Virus record (IMG/VR): IMGVR_UViG_3300049001_000029
Location: 5,152-69,151 of that record
Reading direction: 5' to 3' (one strand)
Length of the DNA: 64,000 nt
DNA from: a virus
In this document: positions 36,093 through 44,565 of the stretch, in pieces
Layout of the letters: every line of letters starts with the position of its first letter
Numbering within the stretch: position 1 is the first letter of the stretch
Position numbers and translations under genes: made by a program
Notes under the pieces: generated by a model
Database searches by the model: none
Seen by the model: the letters and a program-made list of their open reading frames with translations, nothing else
What the model was told of the DNA's origin: nothing

Positions 36093-37016
36093 TTACGCGG
36101 CTACAGGCTGTCGACGCAGCTTCTCCAGCTGCCTCAGACGTGCCTGAGCCAGTTCACGCTCCGATGGGGCGTTCCGAGTGGACGCGGCCGGCTCGGGTGT
36201 CTCATCGCTGTCGGGGCCGCGAGTGGTCTCACCCGGCTCGCTGGCCGACTCGTTCTTCCCGAGGCGTTCCTCGGAAGGCTCCATCGTGTTGCCCTTGGCG
36301 GTGATGGGCGTGTCAGTGCCAAGCACCTCACCCGAACCCAAGTCGACGACGCTGCGCGCAAGCTCAGGGTCATACCCCAGTAGCGGCGCGAGCTCCGGGC
36401 GGTAACGCGCGGCCCGAGCGATCGCCGCCTGATCGCCTCGTCGCAAGAGTGCTGGCACAAGAGAATGCCGCAGCCCGGCAGTCGTCTCTTCATAGGCCGG
36501 GAAAGTAACGGCGCTCACTTCAATCAGCTTCACTTCTCTGATGATGCGAACCTCGACCTCAACGCTGTTCCCATCGGAGGTACTGACCTCTTCAGTTGCC
36601 CAATCGTCCTTGGTGACCTGGAAACCGAAACTCATACCGGTAATGTTTCGTATCTGGAGGTTCGTTTTCAGGTCATTCACATAGGAAAGGCCGGTGTTCA
36701 GTGTTGAATCGGTGAGCAAACCACGTTGATCCTGCGACAGATACAGAGTACCAGCGGAAACCCGGGATACCACGTAGTAGCTATCGTGGTCAATTAACAT
36801 CCTGGCGTCACCCTCTGAGAGGGTCTTAGTGAATGAGCCTTCCGCAACTTCCTCGTAGAAGCCCCAGGTCAACGGATTCCCGATGGCAGTTCGCACGTTG
36901 AACACAGACGCATACCCAGAGAACCTCTGGGTTCCGCCTTCGGCATCCCGAATGTTAATGGAGGCGTCGGACAAGGTGAGGTCCCGGCGCTCTTCACCCG
37001 TCGGCAGACTAAGCAT
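36093..37016 (-). CDS. HK97-family prohead protease
   Basis: FSGYASVFN, LIDH, GMSFGF, LIEVSAVTFPAY. Confidence 0.93.
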   Translation of the reverse strand: MLSLPTGEERRDLTLSDASINIRDAEGGTQRFSGYASVFNVRTAIGNPLTWGFYEEVAEGSFTKTLSEGDARMLIDHDSYYVVSRVSAGTLYLSQDQRGLLTDSTLNTGLSYVNDLKTNLQIRNITGMSFGFQVTKDDWATEEVSTSDGNSVEVEVRIIREVKLIEVSAVTFPAYEETTAGLRHSLVPALLRRGDQAAIARAARYRPELAPLLGYDPELARSVVDLGSGEVLGTDTPITAKGNTMEPSEERLGKNESASEPGETTRGPDSDETPEPAASTRNAPSERELAQARLRQLEKLRRQPVAA

Positions 37017-37030
37017 CGCCGATCCCTTCA

Positions 37031-38272
37031 TCATTCACCCGTTCCTAATTGGTAGCCACCCAAAACCGGGTCGCTACCCATTGGGGCCTGCACGGTCGGT
37101 TGGATGTAGATGTCGCCGCCCTGGCCCTCCGGGATGGGCGGCATGTCCTCGGCGTACCGGATGTCGTTTGCCGACAGCACCCCGGCCTCACGCAGCACCG
37201 CGTAGTACTGCGCTCTAGCCACCGAGTCACCGCGCAGCAGCACATCCATGTCGTACTTCGCTTCGAGGCCGTCCGGGAGCAGTTCCTTCGTGATCCGCTG
37301 CTCTGTCGGGCCTAGCCAGGACGGGTGCAAGTCGAACTGATTGAAGCCCCTGGCCTGCTGTTCGAGACCTGAACCCCACGAGGTGGTTTTGTCGGTCTGG
37401 TACATCAGGTACGGGGGGATGCCCCAAAACCGGGCCATCTCCGTGATCTGGAAGTCGCGGGACTCCAACAGCTGTGCGTCGTCGTTCGGCATCGTCAACG
37501 ACTGGAACTTCGCCCCAGCATCCAACACCGCAACGCGGTGGGCGCCGTCGTTGCCGGAGAACCGTTCCGCCCACGCCGCCTGCAACTTCTCGGCCTGCTC
37601 CTGGTTGAGCTTGCTGTCGGTCTGCAACAGCCCGGACAGCAGGTTTCCCCGGCCGAACAGGTTCGCCCCGTACTTCTCCGCACCCAACGACAACCCGATT
37701 GCCTGCGCGGCCAGACGCACCGGGGAGAACCCGACAATGCCGTCATAGCCGAGGCCCGGAAGGTGAAAGATTTCAAACGGCGTCATCGGGGGCTGCATAT
37801 GCCCCTTATCGTCTACGATCTTGAAGATTTTCCCGGTCGGGTTCAGTTCTGTTGGCGACGCCCTCAGCACCTGCACCTTGCTCGGGTGCACCACGTTCAA
37901 CCAGGCGATGCGGCCTGACTGGGCGCGCATCTTCTGAGCGTAAAAGTTCCCCCACAAACAGCGGTGCACATACGACAGCCGCCAAAACTCCAGCCGCGTC
38001 ATGTCCGGATGCGGAACGTTCAGCAGACTGTTGTTGCGCTGCTCCTTCGTGCCCGCCTTAAACACGTTGATCGGGAGCGCACCGCCAAGGCCCGAGACTA
38101 GCGATGTTGCCCGGTACACAGCGGACATACGCATCGCGGTCGTCTCAGTGATCGACACCCCCGCGTCGGTGGGGGCGTACATCCCCAAGTACGCGCCGAC
38201 ATTCGGCGCCGACAACGGCACCAGGGGGCTCTCGATGTTTGCTCTACGCTCGAACAGCCCGAACAAGCTCAC
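37031..38272 (-). CDS. HK97-family portal protein
   Basis: SAVYRAT, LWGNFY, EIFHLPG...GFSPV, QLLESR, ARFWGIPP, LLRGD. Confidence 0.93.
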   Translation of the reverse strand: MSLFGLFERRANIESPLVPLSAPNVGAYLGMYAPTDAGVSITETTAMRMSAVYRATSLVSGLGGALPINVFKAGTKEQRNNSLLNVPHPDMTRLEFWRLSYVHRCLWGNFYAQKMRAQSGRIAWLNVVHPSKVQVLRASPTELNPTGKIFKIVDDKGHMQPPMTPFEIFHLPGLGYDGIVGFSPVRLAAQAIGLSLGAEKYGANLFGRGNLLSGLLQTDSKLNQEQAEKLQAAWAERFSGNDGAHRVAVLDAGAKFQSLTMPNDDAQLLESRDFQITEMARFWGIPPYLMYQTDKTTSWGSGLEQQARGFNQFDLHPSWLGPTEQRITKELLPDGLEAKYDMDVLLRGDSVARAQYYAVLREAGVLSANDIRYAEDMPPIPEGQGGDIYIQPTVQAPMGSDPVLGGYQLGTGE

Positions 38273-38421
38273 GGTCGCCTCGCTAACGCGGGGCTTTCAC
38301 ACACCACAAACATGATCACACCAGCGATGATGAACCCAGCCGGCACATAGATCAGGACAACGCCTGTAACCACGGAGACGACGCACAGCAGCTGGACGAC
38401 AAGCAGGAGCCACGGAGGCAT
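38269..38421 (-). CDS. Small membrane protein preceding portal
   Basis: GVVLIYVPAGFIIAGV; AAAGGAG RBS; GTGA overlap with portal. Confidence 0.6.
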   Translation of the reverse strand: MPPWLLLVVQLLCVVSVVTGVVLIYVPAGFIIAGVIMFVVCESPALARRP

Positions 38422-38976
38422 CCAAGGCTCCTTTCTAAAGATGTAGAATGCGGGCCGCAGGGTGTACAATAGTAGAAAATCTACAACTGCGGGGCGAAGC
38501 TAATGGACTCCAATGGGCTTTTGAATCGTAATGAACACTCTGCTGCTCGGAGCTGGACAGTAAGCGTGCAGCTGCGAGTTTGGTTCAGTGCGACTGTTGA
38601 CGCTGACTCCGAGGATCAGGCCGTCGCGGCTGTCGAGGATGCCGCTCGTACCGAGTACGGCGATGACATCTTCGTGTATCCGGGCGGAGTGGAGATCGCG
38701 TAGTTCTGATCGAGAAGTCGGCCGCCAAGATTCAGAACTGTCCCGCGACGCAGCGACCGCTGCCAAGTCAGCCGAGCTGAGCTTGGTAAAGCGACTTGGG
38801 TGCGATCGCCCAGACAAGATCGGCTCGGCGTAGCCGAGCATGATCAGCACATCTCCCCCAGGTTCGATTGATGTACGCGGTACATTAGGTGCGTTGTCAA
38901 TGCCTGACTCTCTCCCAAAACGGAAGGTCTCGGTGAAGCACGGTGCGGGAGTCTAATATATGGGGCTATGACCGAG

Positions 38977-39247
38977 TTATCCATCGGCCTCTAGGGATTT
39001 GAGTATCGGCTTATAGATCTGCCCCTGAGGCACCAAGTAGGTTATCCGCTCTCTGTGGACCCACTTTACCTCGGCATTTTCGGCTGTGTCGATGTTGCTG
39101 GCCTCACCTGTTACGTGTGCACAGAGCAGGTACTCGCAGAGCACATAGGCCGGGCTTCACAATTCCGGCGGGAAACTGCCACCGCGTAGCCTCCGAGTCC
39201 TCGTGGCGAGGGCTCACCATGAGCACCTCGGCACCCTTCCGGACGAG
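38977..39247 (-). pseudogene. NUDIX hydrolase remnant with the Nudix box deleted
   Basis: LVRKGAEVLMV...WQFPAGIVKPG joined out of frame to VLCEYLLCAHVTGEASNIDTAENAEVKWV...IYKPILKSLE*. Confidence 0.6.
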
Positions 39248-39361
39248 CTCAGAAGGCGTAGAGCTTCTACGCGGCTAGAGCAGCGGGAAGTCCCGTGGTG
39301 TCGCGCCGTCCTAGGCAACGGCAGACCAGCGCCGGTTCGAGCCCGGCCACCCTGCGCTTTT

Positions 39362-40969
39362 TCACCAAACGCTAGGGATAAGTTCCTCTGCTAGATGACC
39401 GTGCTCGATGGCCCAACCCCGGGCCTCATACGCCAGCAGCGCCGCTATGAACGCCGAGATCGACTGAGCCCACGACTTCTTCACCACACGCTGATAGTTC
39501 TCCGGCCGCCCCGGCTCCCGCTCCTCAGCCGACGGGCGGCGTTTCCCGTCCGCCAAGGCGGCACCAGACGCATGCTTGGTGAGCACCTCAGACCCGTCGT
39601 GCACGATCTCATCGCCCCGGTGCGCGGTCATGAACCGCTCAACCAGCTGGTCCATGCGCATCTCACTGTTGAGCCAGATTTCCAGAACTTTTGACTCGCC
39701 GTTGGAGTCGTACTCGCCGGCCCACTCGTCGACCTGGTCCTGCCAGCCGTGCGGGCTGGCCATTATCACCACGACGTCGTAGGCGTTGAACGCGTCCGAC
39801 ACGGCCTCACGGACCTCGGCTCGGGGGATGCGCCACTCCTGACCGGCCTCGAACGACTTGTCCCACGTGCGGAGGTGGAACAGCAACCCATCGGACAGCC
39901 TTGACGCACACAGCGACGTGGCGTCCTTGGACTGGGTGCCGTGGAACCCGAGTGCGACACGCTCCCCCGGTACCAGCACAGCCGTCGAATCGGCTTGCCC
40001 CGCCCACTTCAACATGTCCACCGCGTCCCTAGAGCCCACAGTGATCTCATTGAGGTAGTAGCGCCGCACTTCACCTTCGGAATGCGCGGGGTTCTGGATT
40101 TCCTTCTTAATTCGGGATAAACGGACCCATCCGCCGCGTTCTACCGCCGAATCCCCGTAAATATAGGCTAATTCAGCCGTTAATTCAGGATCATTGTGCA
40201 AATCTATACGAGAACGTGGCGGTCGGTAATCCACGTACACGTGGGCGTCTTTTGCTTCAAATGTCTGCTGCGCCACCGAGCGCTCCGCCGGGTCCCACGC
40301 ATTGCTGATCTCAATCCAACGGCCATCCATGCCACCCAAGTTCCGCTTCAACGTCCGCGCCAACCTGAGCCCACCGCTAGTTTCGGTCATCAATTGCGAC
40401 TCGGTGAGCGAAACCATCGTGACCCGGGCGCCCTGACGGGCACGGCTCGAAGACGTCACAGGCTCGATACGGCCGCCACCCGGCAGATTAATTCGAGTCT
40501 CCCCCGGATCAACCCCAGGCGTCGATGCTAGAGGGCCTTCCCGCAACATCGTGAGCAGCGGCCGGAACGTGTTACCGGTCTGCTCCTCCGCGTTGCCGGC
40601 ACACTGAATCCACGGGGTAGCCCACGGCCTACCGACGGGATCACCCTTGGCGTTCCAGCCCGCGAACCTGACTGGGCCGAGAGCTTCCGCGCAAATCAAC
40701 GCCGCCGCGAACGGGTCCTTCCCCCACTTCTGGGGCCTGACCAGCAACGCACCGTTGAACTGAAACGCATCCGAGCCTTCGCCGTCGCGGGCGTTCGGCA
40801 CCAACCGATAGGTGTGCAGCAGGTGCATGTACTGCTCATCGGTCAGGATGTACGGCTCACCCATCCGCTCGCCATCAGGGATGATCACGTTGTCCATGAT
40901 CCAGGCGGCTACCTCGTGACCCAGCGTCGGGAACATATCCCCATCAGGGTCAGGACCACGCCACGGCAC
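39362..40969 (-). CDS. terL: Terminase large subunit (acidic catalytic motifs altered)
   Basis: PTLGHEV...LTDEQ, RPQKWGKDP Walker A, QTGNT, RRYYLN; upstream of portal; GFHG, ASP, SIS and LTE where Asp is expected. Confidence 0.88.
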   Translation of the reverse strand: MPWRGPDPDGDMFPTLGHEVAAWIMDNVIIPDGERMGEPYILTDEQYMHLLHTYRLVPNARDGEGSDAFQFNGALLVRPQKWGKDPFAAALICAEALGPVRFAGWNAKGDPVGRPWATPWIQCAGNAEEQTGNTFRPLLTMLREGPLASTPGVDPGETRINLPGGGRIEPVTSSSRARQGARVTMVSLTESQLMTETSGGLRLARTLKRNLGGMDGRWIEISNAWDPAERSVAQQTFEAKDAHVYVDYRPPRSRIDLHNDPELTAELAYIYGDSAVERGGWVRLSRIKKEIQNPAHSEGEVRRYYLNEITVGSRDAVDMLKWAGQADSTAVLVPGERVALGFHGTQSKDATSLCASRLSDGLLFHLRTWDKSFEAGQEWRIPRAEVREAVSDAFNAYDVVVIMASPHGWQDQVDEWAGEYDSNGESKVLEIWLNSEMRMDQLVERFMTAHRGDEIVHDGSEVLTKHASGAALADGKRRPSAEEREPGRPENYQRVVKKSWAQSISAFIAALLAYEARGWAIEHGHLAEELIPSVW

Positions 40970-41340
40970 TACGACACCGGGAAGGGAAGCGGCTTGCCCG
41001 GCTTGCCCTCTAGTTGAACAGTGTAGACACGGTATCGGGCGTCTTTACTTCCCGAAGGATTGCCTTCATCATCCTTGTCCACGTAAACGAAACTGCGACT
41101 CTCTTCATTATCCAGATCGTCACCTTCCCAGTCGAATAATAGGACTGACACGGTGTTACGGCGAACATCCCGCGCTGCCCAACCCTTAAATGGGACCTGA
41201 TACAGAGGCACTCCGTGGATCTTCATCCACTCTTCCCAGGCTTTGTACTCTTCGGTGCCACACTTCACTTCGTACTCACGATACGAACAAGAAAGAGATT
41301 GGCAGTCGGTATTGATTCGCCTATCGGTTTCGACGGGCAT
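40969..41340 (-). CDS. Hypothetical protein
   Basis: AAAAGGTGG RBS; W..W...HG.P motif shared with 41409-41711. Confidence 0.6.
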   Translation of the reverse strand: MPVETDRRINTDCQSLSCSYREYEVKCGTEEYKAWEEWMKIHGVPLYQVPFKGWAARDVRRNTVSVLLFDWEGDDLDNEESRSFVYVDKDDEGNPSGSKDARYRVYTVQLEGKPGKPLPFPVS

Positions 41341-41408
41341 AGATTCCACCTTTTCAGTCGGTATTGATTCGCCTATCGGTTTCGACGGGCATAGATTCCA
41401 CCTTTTCA
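41303..41408. repeat. Perfect 52-bp tandem duplication
   Basis: CAGTCGGTATTGATTCGCCTATCGGTTTCGACGGGCATAGATTCCACCTTTT at 41303 and 41355. Confidence 0.95.
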
Positions 41409-41711
41409 TCACGGCACTGGGAAGGGCTTCGGAGGCGCCAGCAGGCTCATCTCACGATGCACCGTGATCTCCTCCCCATCCCGCACACCCGACTCCAGCC
41501 ACGCGATCTGATACTGCTTCAGGCCGCGCCGCTGGTCCACGTTGTCACGTCGCTCAACCCAGTGCGTGAGCAGGACCTCAGACGGGTCGATGCCATGCTC
41601 GCGGAACCAGTCCTGCCAGAGCGCCACGTGCTCCGGGCTCTCATGCTGGATGTCATCGCGGAACCACTCACGCACTGGACGCGGAGGCGGCCTAAGACGC
41701 ATCGGGATCAA
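41409..41711 (-). CDS. Hypothetical protein, paralog-like to 40969-41340
   Basis: WQDWFREHGIDP...PPKPFPV vs WEEWMKIHGVP...KPLPFPV. Confidence 0.55.
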   Translation of the reverse strand: MIPMRLRPPPRPVREWFRDDIQHESPEHVALWQDWFREHGIDPSEVLLTHWVERRDNVDQRRGLKQYQIAWLESGVRDGEEITVHREMSLLAPPKPFPVP

Positions 41712-41737
41712 CTCCCTCGGTGTGTAACAATCTGGGC

Positions 41738-41946
41738 ATGGCGCACACGATCCTCACTACCGAACAAGTTGCAGTTCAGCTCAACCGCTCCCCCGCCACG
41801 GTCAGTACTGGCGGAAGAACGGCGACGGCCCTCGTTCGTTCCGCATGGGCAAGCGGGTGGCCTACCTACAGCAGGACGTTGACGCGTTCGTTGAAGCCAT
41901 GCGTGAGAAGGACACCCAGGTCAGCGGGGGCGGCGACGCGGCATGA
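41738..41946 (+). pseudogene. AlpA/HTH_17 excisionase-like gene with 1-nt frameshift
   Basis: MAHTILTTEQVAVQLNRSPATV | YWRKNGDGPRSFRMGKRVAY.QQDVDAFVE; frames join if one base is restored near 41804. Confidence 0.75.
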
Positions 41947-42326
41947 ACGCCCCTAGACGCCAAAACCCCCCGACGGGGGGGCCGGGGGGAGTCGGGGCAT
42001 TACTACTTACACAGCAGAGCAGTCCCGATTCTAGCCGTCCATCGTCCGAGGTCAAGGTCTACGCGAGCGAGGCGCTCCCTCCCGCGCCAGGCCGCCGATT
42101 CTGGGCGTACGTGGTGTCTTGCCCCCAAGGCCATCAGCACATCCACCGGGGCGGACCACCCCGCCCGGCCGGGTACTTGCGCACCTCACGGTGCAGGTCT
42201 GCGGGGCTGTTTCACGGCCGCTGTGCTTCTCGGCGCCAACCCCCGGTCGACCCGTCACCTTGGGTAACTTCTCATAGGGCTTATCCCCGCTCGTATGTGC
42301 GCCGCGCCGCTCAGCCCGCGCCCTAG
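41943..42326 (+). CDS. Hypothetical protein coupled to the excisionase-like gene
   Basis: ATGA overlap; WAYVVSCPQGHQHIHRG motif. Confidence 0.45.
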   Translation: MNAPRRQNPPTGGPGGVGALLLTQQSSPDSSRPSSEVKVYASEALPPAPGRRFWAYVVSCPQGHQHIHRGGPPRPAGYLRTSRCRSAGLFHGRCASRRQPPVDPSPWVTSHRAYPRSYVRRAAQPAP

Positions 42327-42328
42327 AG

Positions 42329-42766
42329 CTAGCCGACATCAGGATCAACAGCCTTCAGCCGAGGACGCGCAGGAGACACCTGCCGCTGTTCCTCAACCTC
42401 GTTCGCCACGATCACCCAATCCAGGCGCTTCAACGCAGCCGGCGAGAGACCGAGTTCCTTCTCCAGCGCTGTCACCGTATTCAACGTTTGTGCAGTCGCC
42501 ACATTATTACGCATCTCAACTTCCACGATAAGTGACAACCGGCAATAACGTGCAATCACCGTATCAATATGCATCCGCACCCACGCGGCGGCCTGCGCGG
42601 TACGCCACAACGTTTCCCACCGGTGCAACTCAAGCTCCGACGCCTCCAGCAAGGGCCACTCCGGGACAGGCCCGTCATAACCCTCCATCGGCAACTCAAT
42701 GAGCTTGTGCGTCCGCGCGCGCGGTGTCGCGTTCTGACTCGACAACGGACCACGACTACCAGTCAA
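42329..42766 (-). CDS. terS: Terminase small subunit
   Basis: PVPEWPL...WETLWRTAQAAAW...LEKELGLSPAALKRLDW; GGAGG RBS before TTG. Confidence 0.8.
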   Translation of the reverse strand: MTGSRGPLSSQNATPRARTHKLIELPMEGYDGPVPEWPLLEASELELHRWETLWRTAQAAAWVRMHIDTVIARYCRLSLIVEVEMRNNVATAQTLNTVTALEKELGLSPAALKRLDWVIVANEVEEQRQVSPARPRLKAVDPDVG

Positions 42767-42954
42767 TTCGGACACCTCCATGATCAAGACTCTGGGAAAC
42801 TTGCACGTTTTGCGAAACACCGGGGCGGCTGTCCTGGGTCCTTCGTCGGCAGCCTTTTGCCGCAGTAGCCGCGTGTCGCGGCGCGTGACCTGCGACGATA
42901 GCGCCGCATCGTGTCGTCGTTGTCATCTGTGGTTGCCCGGTCGTACTGAGCCCG

Positions 42955-43073
42955 GTGACCGGTCTTAAGAGACCATGCGACCGGTCTTAAGAGACCGGTG
43001 ACCATGCGATCAGCGACCATGCGACCTGAGCTCAGTGACCGGTCATCAGTGATCAGTGACCTGTCGATCAGTG
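42955..43073. repeat. Short-repeat cluster upstream of terS (possible cos/packaging region)
   Basis: GACCGGTCTTAAGAGACC x2, GACCATGCGA x3, CAGTG x4. Confidence 0.55.
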
Positions 43074-43077
43074 GATG

Positions 43078-43119
43078 GTGTAGACACCTTCAGATAGAAG
43101 GTGTACTGTCATACACATG
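43078..43119 (+). promoter_or_regulatory. Repeated leaderless promoter/operator, copy 1
   Basis: TAGACA-N17-TACTGT-N7-ATG; ACACCTTC-N5-GAAGGTGT palindrome. Confidence 0.8.
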
Positions 43120-43323
43120 ACATCAAAGCGCCTCCCTGAGGTCACCAAGGCCATGTGCAACACTCGATCGACTCGTAACCAGTGGGCTGTCATGCGGGCG
43201 TGCGAGCGTTCAGCACGGGTCGCCAAGGACTGCGGCAACACTGAGTTCGCTGCCATGCAGGAAGACAACGCTGACCGGGCAGCGCGTGAGCTAAACATTC
43301 TACTCAAAGGTCGCAAGCACTGA
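43117..43323 (+). CDS. Hypothetical protein (leaderless)
   Basis: Starts at ATG of promoter copy 1. Confidence 0.65.
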   Translation: MTSKRLPEVTKAMCNTRSTRNQWAVMRACERSARVAKDCGNTEFAAMQEDNADRAARELNILLKGRKH

Positions 43324-43338
43324 CCCAACAGCCACCAT

Positions 43339-43369
43339 GTGCCGGCTACTCCATCCGAGTAGTCGGCAC
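43339..43369 (+). terminator. Hairpin terminator
   Basis: GTGCCGGCTACTC-N5-GAGTAGTCGGCAC. Confidence 0.6.
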
Positions 43370-43375
43370 AGTTAC

Positions 43376-43417
43376 GTGTGGACACCTTCACTACTGAGGT
43401 GTACTGTCATACACATG
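43376..43417 (+). promoter_or_regulatory. Repeated leaderless promoter/operator, copy 2
   Basis: TGGACA-N17-TACTGT-N7-ATG. Confidence 0.8.
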
Positions 43418-43687
43418 CCTCAGTCACCCGAGATGGATCAACTACTGGAGGAACTGAGCGCGATCGGCGTAGCGCTCGCCGACGCGGATGCGCTCAAGGA
43501 ACGTCGTGGAGAGATCGTGCGCGCCTTGTTCAACCCAGCGGTCTCGGGCGTTCGTGCCCCGGTCACCGCGATGTGTGAGGCCCTCGGAGTGACCCGCGAG
43601 GCAATCTACAAGATCAGGGACGGTAAGTTGCTGGCACGTAAGCGCCAGCGCGACGCACGCGAGAAGCTACGCCGTCGAGGGGAATAG
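43415..43687 (+). CDS. Small HTH DNA-binding protein (leaderless)
   Basis: RRGEIVRALF...VTAMCEALGVTREAIYKIRD. Confidence 0.7.
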   Translation: MPQSPEMDQLLEELSAIGVALADADALKERRGEIVRALFNPAVSGVRAPVTAMCEALGVTREAIYKIRDGKLLARKRQRDAREKLRRRGE

Positions 43688-43809
43688 CTGCGTTTCTGTC
43701 AGCTTCGAGACAACCGGTCCGGCGGCGACTCGCCTCGTTGCCGGACCGGTTGTGCCCCGCGACATCCTGGCCTCGCTAACCTCGACCCAGTGACTGCGGT
43801 GACGCACCG

Positions 43810-43915
43810 TTCTGCCACCGCTCGGGGTGAAACCCTTCGTCGACCAGCCACGCCTGCAACTGGGGAGCCAGCACCAAGTCTGGGTCGCCACTCTGCGGAG
43901 GCGGCGGGTAGGCCG
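43810..43915 (-). pseudogene. Frameshifted remnant of the C-terminus of a C1-peptidase paralog
   Basis: PPPP..GDPDLVLAPQLQAWL / STKGFTPS vs PPGPDIDTDDAKLAAALQMWLTAKGFTAS at the end of 47689-48654; DNA similarity visible. Confidence 0.55.
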
Positions 43916-44153
43916 GTGCTCAGTGACCATGTAAGGCCGTGCGTGGTGTGCGTGCGTGTGCTCGCCGTGTGCGTGTGCATGCACCTGACGGCCTCGTGTG
44001 TACATATGGGTCGTGCGGAACAGCGTGAGGCAGCGTGAGAGCGCTCCCGTGCTGGCCTCTGAGAGCTCGTGTGAGCGCATGCGATTGCTTGGTGGGTGAG
44101 TTGTTGTGCCGTGCGTGTATGAGCTACTCCATTAGAGTAGTCGGCACAATCAT

Positions 44154-44195
44154 GTGTAGACACCTTCACCTAGGAGGTGTAGTGTCCTTCACATG
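44154..44195 (+). promoter_or_regulatory. Repeated leaderless promoter/operator, copy 3
   Basis: TAGACA-N17-TAGTGT-N7-ATG; 16-codon ORF 44193-44243 ends in ATGA overlap with next gene. Confidence 0.8.
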
Positions 44196-44239
44196 ACATC
44201 GGTGTTGGTCACACGGACCAGGAACTCAGGGAGCACACG

Positions 44240-44443
44240 ATGACGATCCTCTACACACCGAAGTGGGAAGACACCACTGAGTTGGTCGATGGCGACCTGT
44301 GCGACATCACCTTGTGTACTCGTGATGGTCGTAAGCGGTACTGCGGTCAGACAGCAGTGCGTGCAGCTGTCGATGTGGACGGCATTAGCACCCGCATCCT
44401 CTGCCAGAACCACGCCGACCTGTACTTCCCCAACCACCGATGA
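44240..44443 (+). CDS. Small Cys-containing hypothetical protein
   Basis: AGGGAG RBS; ATGA-coupled. Confidence 0.55.
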   Translation: MTILYTPKWEDTTELVDGDLCDITLCTRDGRKRYCGQTAVRAAVDVDGISTRILCQNHADLYFPNHR

Positions 44444-44565
44444 CTCTGTACCTGGACAGTGGCGATGACTGCCGCTACCGGATCGCTGATAGCGGCGGTC
44501 AGGTCACTGTCACTCCGCTCAACACCGCGTCACTGCACCGCTACAACCGAGAGGGACTGTCCACG

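Noticed and set aside
38500-38850. 116-aa minus-strand ORF as a GntR/UTRA (KorSA-like) remnant
   Set aside because: Resemblance too weak, and a competing + strand ORF (38503-38703) overlaps it
39270-39357. Functional tRNA gene
   Set aside because: Acceptor stem does not pair and there is no canonical anticodon loop; kept only as a low-interest finding
40969-41412. 147-aa version of this ORF in the track
   Set aside because: The N-terminal extension is an out-of-frame reading of the 52-bp duplication; ATG at 41340 has the RBS
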